The translations under genes were made by a program, and so were the position numbers. A DNA stretch of 32,000 nt from an uncultured bacterium. GTDB taxonomy: Bacteria; Auribacterota; JACPWU01. Below are positions 17,516 through 26,500 of the stretch, one piece after another (position 1 is the stretch's first letter; each line of letters opens with the position of its first letter). A model generated the notes under the pieces. That model did not search any database and was not told the origin of the DNA. It worked only from the letters and a program-made list of their open reading frames with translations. The stretch is taken from contig CAZXEQ010000006.1 of assembly GCA_964640155.1 (NCBI GenBank), positions 99,013 to 131,012 on the forward strand, given 5' to 3'.

Positions 17516-20500
17516 TTACGCCATCATCTCAGCATATTCTTGAGCATGTCGTTGGTTTCCCATCTCATGCTGGCCTTGAGAAGCAGGAGGTAAAAGATAT
17601 TTTTCTAATACTTTCTTGAGATCCTCTTGACTCCTAATATTTTCTCCCTTTAAATTAATAAGGACTGAATTCCAATAACTGAATCTGGTAATCATTTGAC
17701 AGATTAATTGTCTCTGATCGGTTGTAACAGGAACAGGGGTATTGGGAATTACTGATCCAGATGTTGTCATCTCTTGAAATATTTTTACTTCTCCATTCGA
17801 CATGTTAAGCTCAATACTTTCAGACTCATCATCTAGCTTTGACCAAATAATTTGTGCCAATGAAGCAATCGTTCGATCTTGTAAATTTTTCTGAATACCT
17901 TTAATTTCAAAATGAGCCTTTCGAACACGCTCAGCCTCTTCCACATCTTCTAATGCTTGTAATCTTTCAGCAAGAACTTCGGCTACTGCTTCTACCCAAT
18001 AGTGATTAAGCATTCCAATATCATGCCCATTCATCACCATACGGCGAGGTCTTCCTTCTGTCTCTCTAGAAGCAGCCTCTACGGTTTCAGCTAATTGTGT
18101 TACATCCAATTTTTTAATGTTCAAAAGTTGAATTGCTAAGGCTTTTGCAAGAGCTTTATTTAATTCTTCTAATTCTAAGGCAGTTACCTCTGCAGCTTTA
18201 GCCACTTGTTGAGTGGTTCTTGGATCTTTTTTATATCCATTATTTTTTCTCCATCGATGTCGCTCCACTTCTATTCTCAAAAGAATATTCAAAAGCTCTG
18301 GTCTTTCTTTAGCTAAATATTCTAATGTGTCTCGTCCTATGTATATACTTGGCAGTAGAATTGATTCTGTATTTCGTTCCATTGCCTTGCCCTGATATCC
18401 CATGTGAGCAAAGCTGATTCCATCCAGAAGCTCCATGGACGTATGTCCATGATTCCTTACTTTTGTTTCAGATAGAGCGCTAGTCCCCGAAGAGGAATCC
18501 ATGGAGGTGATTCCATGGATTTCCTCGTAGTGGGATTCATTTTTCTTAGAATCTCCTAAAGAAACAAAAGCTTGATCGCCCAATGCAAGAAGTCGCATAT
18601 TTTCTAAAGCCTTCTTCACTGTACGATCTAAGTCTCGATAAGCATCTGTCATGGTGTAATGTTTTAAAGCTTGATCTAAAGAGGACGTTTCTTCTCCCTT
18701 TTTAGCTAGCTCTCCTAATTTATTAAACATCACACTCACTGTTTTTCCCACTACTTGAGTTTCTCTTGTCGCTTTAACTTTAGTCAGAGTTTCACTCAAA
18801 GTTTTTCCTACTGTTTGATCACTGATAACGCCTTGAGAAAAATTATCATCATCAAGAGAAAGTGGTGTTCTTCGAGCCTTAAGCAAAGCCAGCCTCTTTC
18901 TAATAGTCACGACTTTGCTTTCTTTTCCAGCAAGGGTATTAAACATCCCATTAAAGCCTGGGGCTAAAATTTCGCTCAAAAAATCATCTGCAACCGTTGG
19001 AATTGCAGCGACCACCTCTTTCAATCTTGAAACAGCATTTTCTGGGGTTGTATCCGGTGAGTCAAGCCAGTCCGTTCTAATTTCTCTAACTAAGGTTTTA
19101 AATTCATCCGCCTCAGCAGAACTAGATATTTGAAAGCTAGTTTCAAGATGCCTTATCACTAGTATAACTTTTGGCACATTAGCGAAAGTTACATTCTCAC
19201 TTTCAAACCAATTCAATGCTGTTTCAAAAACAAATCTTCTTCTATTTTCATTCCCTGCATAATCTGACAATTCCATTATATGGACTAATATATAAGAAAT
19301 ATTTTCACCTACTACCTTTGTATTCTCAATCCATAGAGAAGCTAAACTAAAAAAGTTTGAAATTTCCCCAACAACCCTATTCTCTAATTCTTTTTCTGAA
19401 TCACCTTGCTTATGCATATTTATCATTATGTCATTAAGAGCTCTAAGCCTTTTTTTAAATTTCTCGCTAGAATAGAGCGCCACCTCCAATGCTATTACAA
19501 CGGTATCCGTATTCAGCTTTCCACTTTGAACCCACTTTAAAAGTGTTTTTAAAGTTTCTATACTTTCACGATTAGTAAACCTTTTCAGATCTGTGATTGA
19601 AGTTAACAATTTTTGAATTTTTTTAGAGTTTGCTTCTGTTATAAGATTTCTTTGCCTCATCTCAGAAAGTAATTTTTCAACCAAAGCATTTTTGAGAACA
19701 AGATTTACAGGATATCGTTCTTGAACTTCATCTTCTGTAGCTTCTCCATTAGTCTCATTGGCCATCACAATATGTCCAATCTCATGTTCCCAAAATTCTC
19801 TCTTGGCTTCTCGTGAAAGACTTCGAATGAATTGTACTTGTACTGGTGAAAGATAAATTTGGCGCAATTGATGATTGAAAGCTTCTCCACCTCGACCTGG
19901 ATGAGCAACAAGAAAACCATCAAATTGGCTGAGGCTTGAAATTTCATAAACACTTACATTATTCGCTTGAATGAACCCATCAGGATCCAAATCTTTAAGC
20001 TCCTCAGATGTTATAGCTCTTTGAACCTCACTAATAAAAGCTTCACGAATTGTCGTATTAACAGCCTCATGTTGTACTGCTGACAATTCTTCACCAGTAA
20101 TTGTAACGGCGCCAGCAGTATTTATAGGCTGTGTACCTTTTCTATTTAAATAACTTTCATAATCAATTGGGCTAAGCTGTTTAAGCAATGCCCGTAGAGG
20201 AGGCATACGCTTGTTCCAATCAAGAGCTAAAATTCTGACTATTTCTTTTTTTGTTGTTTCCAGAGTTTTTGAGTCTTTGCCTTCAAGAGCCTTCATTATA
20301 TAGTACAAACATGAAAAAACTGTACTATCGGAATTGGTTATCTTTCTTAGTTCTTCTATATATTCCCCACATGTCTCAATCTCCAATTTTCTTCTTCCTT
20401 CTCCATCAGTATTCGAGAAAAGACGAAGCAAATCAAAAAAGCCCTTTTTAAAAAAGATTAATACATCCTCTCGATCCATCTTTTGAACAATATCTGTCAT

Positions 20501-23500
20501 TAACAGGAGAATTGCCTGTCGATCTTCTGGCGAAAGGTTTAAACTGTTTAAAGATTTCCTCCATGATCGAATGTCTCTCCAATAAAGACCAGAAGAGCCC
20601 CATTTCTCTATCATAGCGAATAATAATTGTTCATATTCTCCATATTCTTTTGCATTTTGAATTTCTTTGGATATAAAGGATTCATCAGATTCTACGTCAT
20701 CTCGAATGGGTATAAATCCTAAAACACATCGACGAAGCTCTCTCGTTAATTCCATTTTTGTTTCATCTTCACAATATTCTGGTATAGCACTTAACAAACG
20801 TGGTTCAATCAAATCAAGGATTCTAAATGAAAATGGATAATCACTTTCTTCTAAATTTTCTAGAATCACTTGTCGCATCACCTGTCGAACTTGACTCAAG
20901 GGCAAATTCCCTTTTGTACTTTCTTGAATAACTGCCAAGCGTGTCAAGATTCCAAAGACCAAACGATCAGAAAACTCCATTTCCCAATAGCAAGGTTTTT
21001 CTGGCTTGTTTACTCTGTCTAATGTTTCTTGGAGGACTTGCCATTGCTGATGATTTAATAAATCGCGATCCATTTGTTGAGGTGTTGTATCAAGGCGGTT
21101 GGTGCGTCTAAGAATACCCGTATTAACTTGAGCACCTCGCCTAAAAGGTATAAAAATATGGTTTGAAAATGCCATTCCTACTGTTCCTCTGCTGCGCATA
21201 AAAAATTGAAGACCTACCCATCTCCATCCGATTCTCCAAATGCGAGCTGCATTTCTATCATCTGGGTCAGACAAAATCATTTTTCCAGACGGATCCATCA
21301 TAATATTAACTCTAAATCTACCAAATTGATCTGCATCTCTCGAGCAAGCTTGATAAAGACGATAAAACTCATCAGAAAGTAGCAACTCTACATTTTCTTC
21401 TATAATTTGATTCATCTCATTGGAAGGAGCTAAAAGCCTTTCATGACTTGCTTGAGCCAATATGGTTATTTCATCAGTTAATCTGCTACTTCTAGGAATT
21501 GACGAATTTCCAATCCCAAACCTAGTGTTTAAAAGCCATTCTTCCCTCTGCTGAGGAGTCCCTTGAAACAATTTCTTCAACTCTCTCATGGAGGGCCCAT
21601 CAAGTCCCATGTGTATATCTGATCGCTCCACAGCCACATGAAACAGAAATTTTCTTAATTCTGAAGGATTCTCAAGAAGTTCAAGATTAAGAAAAATTTG
21701 ATTTCGCTCAACAGAATAGTGGGCTCTTTGCCCTTTAATAAAAATGATCTTAGTGTTTTCTAGATGAAATTCTATTTCTAAGTCCTTGATAGCATCATCA
21801 AGCACTTTTAAATGTGCTGGAGAAATTTGAATTTTTTGTTCTTGCACTTTAATGGGCCCAACTTTACGTATATTACCTTGGGTATCACTAAGCTGCGTGT
21901 TATAGTAAAGATCTATTTGGGCCAATTCTCTCGAAGGTTTACCGCGCTTCTCCACTTTTGTTACGATCCCTACACATGCAAATTCTCCATTCACCAAAGC
22001 ATCGCGTATTCCACCGTCATCACTGAGCAAATGATCATAATCAGCTTGGATGACCCCCTTCTGCAATTTGGATCCCGTCAATGTCACATAACGATTGGAG
22101 GCAATATGCATAACAAGACCTGATAAGAAAATAGCCCAGGGAATCAAACTAGCTGAAAAAATAAGAGGAGCAACAAGACAAGCTACAATACCAATAGTAG
22201 ATATAATCGAAGGAATTAATATTTTCTCAAACAATGTTCTCTTTCTTCCTTCTAGTGGTGCATGATCCTGAAAAGCATGAAGTGCGACAAAAAGAATACG
22301 AGCTGCTACATAAGCCCATGGACCTAGAAGAAAAGTTAACATTAATAACCCTTCTTCAATCACAGGAACAATAAAATCTTCTTTTGTATCTTGACTGATA
22401 GGCTTCATCAGTAACACATTCAATGGAGAAACCAGTGCATCTGTTATTTTGTAAACAGGAATCAAAACACCTTTGCCTGCCTCCACAGACTTAACAGGCT
22501 CTGCCGATCTTGTCTCATCAGATTTAATCTCTACTTCACCTTCCCGTTCTCCACCTTTCTGCATCACGCCGCCTTCCATTGCATCAAAAGCCAGTGGACC
22601 ACTGACAGGACGTGTCAGCGTTGGTAAATTTCGGCCGATAGGATCTGTGCTTCTAAAACCCCTATTAGGAGAGTCTGAACGACCGAGAATACAAGTACTT
22701 ACACCCGTATAAAATCCGGCAACCTGCTCTGCATACGCACATGAAAATGTTAGAGAAACACCATTCCATATACCAACTGCAGCACGAGCAGTGACTTCAT
22801 GTTGATTTGGGAAAACCGTAAAAAGAGGTTCATTGGGAGGTGTGGCATATCGATACGCTGCGCCGATCAAAACAGGAAGATCTGATGGCACCCATGTAAT
22901 ACTTCCTCCATAAATAGATGATTCGGGTATTCCACCACTTGGTGGACGATACACATAAATTCTCTTTCCTGCATATCCCCATGCCGAAAGGCCCCAAGTT
23001 GAAGTTAATCCAACTACCACTCTCCAATCTAATGTTTCATAAGGGATATCCACAAGCGAAACCCTCATTCCTGACCAAACACGAACAGGGGCTGATTCTG
23101 GCAATGCGGCCCTTAAAGCAGCAACATTAAAATGAAAATTTGTATATAATCCTGACAACACAAACCTATCTGTCGGAATATCTGATCTAGGAGCTGAAAG
23201 AGAACTATAAGGGTATATAACCCCTGCTCTACCTCCAAAGTCACTTGTAGGTAAACCAACTATTCTTCCTCCTAATCTTAGTGCAGCTGCCGTATGAGGT
23301 GATTCATATGTCATATTTGCTTGAATATCTGCTCCAGGTGCAAAATAACCGCCTGGGGTTAAACTTCCTAACAATCTTAGATCACTGGCTATTGAGAGAC
23401 GATCTGAGGGACGATCTATGAGATTTCCCCAGAAAGAAGCTCCTAAATTGACTACAGCCCAAGATAAGGTGCGAATATTTCCTCGATGTCGATACGGAAT

Positions 23501-26500
23501 ATTTTGCCAGGTCAGCCCTGCATAAATAGGCATATGTCCATTAAATAATCCGTCCCATATTCTGACATTCGCTGTTGCTTCACGTAAATTAACTTGTGGG
23601 TCGACAGGCCGCGGCCCAATAAAAGTTCTTGTTAGTGGATCAATATCGGGTGCCTCATTTGGAAAAGAAAGAGAACCTGAAAAGCGATAAGTAAAGCGCC
23701 TTTCTTGAGCTGGTGTCAGTGTGGGCGTTATTGTTGATGTTGCTGATGCTTCAGATTCCGAAGCTGGTGGAGTTAATCTTCCTACTGGCAAAGAAAACCT
23801 ACCTGACCCTATAGGTGGTAAATCTGAAATTTGGGTTTGTGATACAGTCGTTTCTTGAACAGATTGTAGGGTCTCTTCTTCACTTGTTGTTGGCATTTCT
23901 ACCGGTTGAAGTCTTTCTGCAGCAGGAGCCGTAACTGTTGGAGGAACGGGCTGCGCTTGAGCAATCAAAGGCGCACTTAAAGCAGTTGCAACAGCAATAG
24001 CCAGGGCAGCAACATTAGATTTTATAGAAGATCTTTGAATAGCAGAAGGACGGGCATTTTTGCGTGGTTCTAAATTAACATCTTCTTTAATAACCTCTCC
24101 TTTACCTTTTTGCATTCGACTTCGATCTTGTCTTATTCCTGCATCTCGTGTTACACCCTGTGGAGTTTGTCTAAGGATGACCGTTGGATCCTCTGAACCC
24201 AAAGCTCTCTGAAAACGTTCGATATCTTCTGGTCGATCGAACCAAGGTATCAAAATACGTACAGGAATAGAACTGCCCCGTAAGCGATTCGCAAACTCTC
24301 CTGCAGCTTCTTCTTGTGCTGTCACAACTTCTGTAGAATAATGCATAGGTACAGCAACTACCGGTCTGATCACCGCTGCTGCTTCAGCAGCCTGCTGAGC
24401 ATCCATTGTAAATCCATGACCTCCAACGGGCAAAAGTGCTATATCCAGGTTATCATTTGAAAGATCACGCATTTCCGGAATAAAGTCTGTGTCTCCTGCA
24501 TGATAAAGCCTTCTTCCATCTGGAGTTTCAATCACATATCCTACCCAGTTATTTTCACGAGGATGAGTATTAGCAATAGGGTCAGGGTTCGTAGTATAGG
24601 CTGGCACTGCTTTAATCTTTATTCCCTCAATTTCGAGATGATCTCCAGGCCTTACCACATGCACGACATTCGGTGCTCCCGCCGCTCTCAAACGATCTGC
24701 TACATCCTGCGGTGCCACAAAAATAGTGTTTGGTCTAGAAATTAATGGAAGATATTGTCGAGGATTGAAATGATCATAATGTGAGTGCGTGATGAAAATA
24801 ATATCAGCAGGATGAGAACTTTCGCTATCGGACAACCAATAGGGATCAATATAAACTGTTTTATCTCCCACTTGAAAACGAAAACTTGATTCCCCATGCC
24901 AGAGCAAGTGCTTCACCAGTTCGTTCAACTCTTCCGGCGTCCGAGGTCTTCTTGAAGAAAGTCGAATGACGTCTGGAGCAGCATCACGCATATGTGCAAA
25001 TGCATTAGCAGCAGTCGGAGGAGCCCGCAATTGGGGTGGTGGTGTATTCGGACTTCCCATAAACATAAGAGATAGAGATATGCAAGCAGCAGCAATTGCA
25101 AAAATAGCAACAAGACAGCCTATTGACCCTCTATTTGCAAAGAAAACCTTTGAATCTTTTTTCGCTGTAGTTGCAGGAGAAAGTTTTTCCTTAACTAGAG
25201 AATGAAGCGCTTCGGCATGAGCTAAAGCATAAACTCGCTTTGGATCTTTTTCATCAGGAAACTTTTGAGCAATTTCCTTTTTCGCTTGATCATACGCTTC
25301 AATAAAACTTCTTACGACCTCAGGACTCATGGCCTGAACTTGCTCTTTAAACCTTCTAGACACAAACTCATCCTCAAATCCTGTCTCAGCCAATGCAGCA
25401 AGGGTGTGATAAATGTTGTTGGGATTATCTTTTGGAAGAGATGCGTCAAGCGGCAAAATTAGCATTTCATAGATTTCATGGAAAGCACCAATGGCATTGC
25501 CGGATGTGACAAAAACATGCAAAGTACCACTATCAATGTAAGAACCAGCCCGAATGGGCAACCCTTGCTCATCTCGAATGATTTCACTTTCTGGAATAGT
25601 ATGAAATTCTATTCTTTGTGCAGGTAGTGGTCGCTCACTTTGTCGACTAAGCTCAGCTAGGACTTCTTGTACATTTTCTCCACGCATCAGCCTTTGCACG
25701 AGAACAACATCTCTTTCAAAATCCGGAAACGCTGCTTTAAATTGTGGTGTCTGCGCTTGCTTGCCAAGGACCAAGCTTTGAGCAAGGCTCGTTGCATTTT
25801 CCATTACAGGAAACTTCTCAATTCCCTTTTCCTTTACTTTAGCTTCAAACTCTATTTTCTTCATTTTAGAGCCAATGGGTTTGGCGGTGGCAGACTTTGA
25901 TTGAATATTCTTGGGTTTTAATACCATAGCTCCAACAACAAATTTCGAACCCTGTGATCCAGTGGAGGTCCCCACCGGAACTCTCTCCCATTCCCAAAAG
26001 GTTTTTCCATCAATCCAGGGACGTACCTGATAATCAAATTTTTTCTCAACTTCTCTTTCTAATATATCTGTACCAAGCATCACCATGGGATTACCCTGTA
26101 AGATCTGGCCAGTCCAGTATCTTTGCATCCTAATTTCTGCAAGTGTATCTGAAAGATAAACTCTTCCTTGAGGCTGAACCCATCTTGCGAGTTGTTGAAT
26201 ATGGCGCGAAGGAAGCTCTGTTGCGAGCCGATTAAGAGCAGCTAAAAAGGAATGGTTATTTAAAATATTAGGACCAAACTTTTTTGAAAATAAATTGTGA
26301 CTGTATTGATAAATAAAAGAAGCCAACTGTGTCATTACAAGGGATGAAACCACATAAGAAGCTTGATAAGAACTCAAATCTATATTACGGATTTCAAGAG
26401 ATTGAATTAATTTTATTAACTGTGCTACAGCATATTCTGGCAAAGCAGAAGTTTTTACAATTTCTTCCACACGAATTGAAAAATCAGCCAAAACACCACT

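Noticed and set aside
17345-17593. 82-aa plus-strand ORF spanning the hicA end and the giant-gene 3' end
   Set aside because: It overlaps hicA in another frame and is antisense to the giant ORF terminus. Its C-terminal part repeats that of the 16595-16900 ORF only because both cross the duplicated gene tail.
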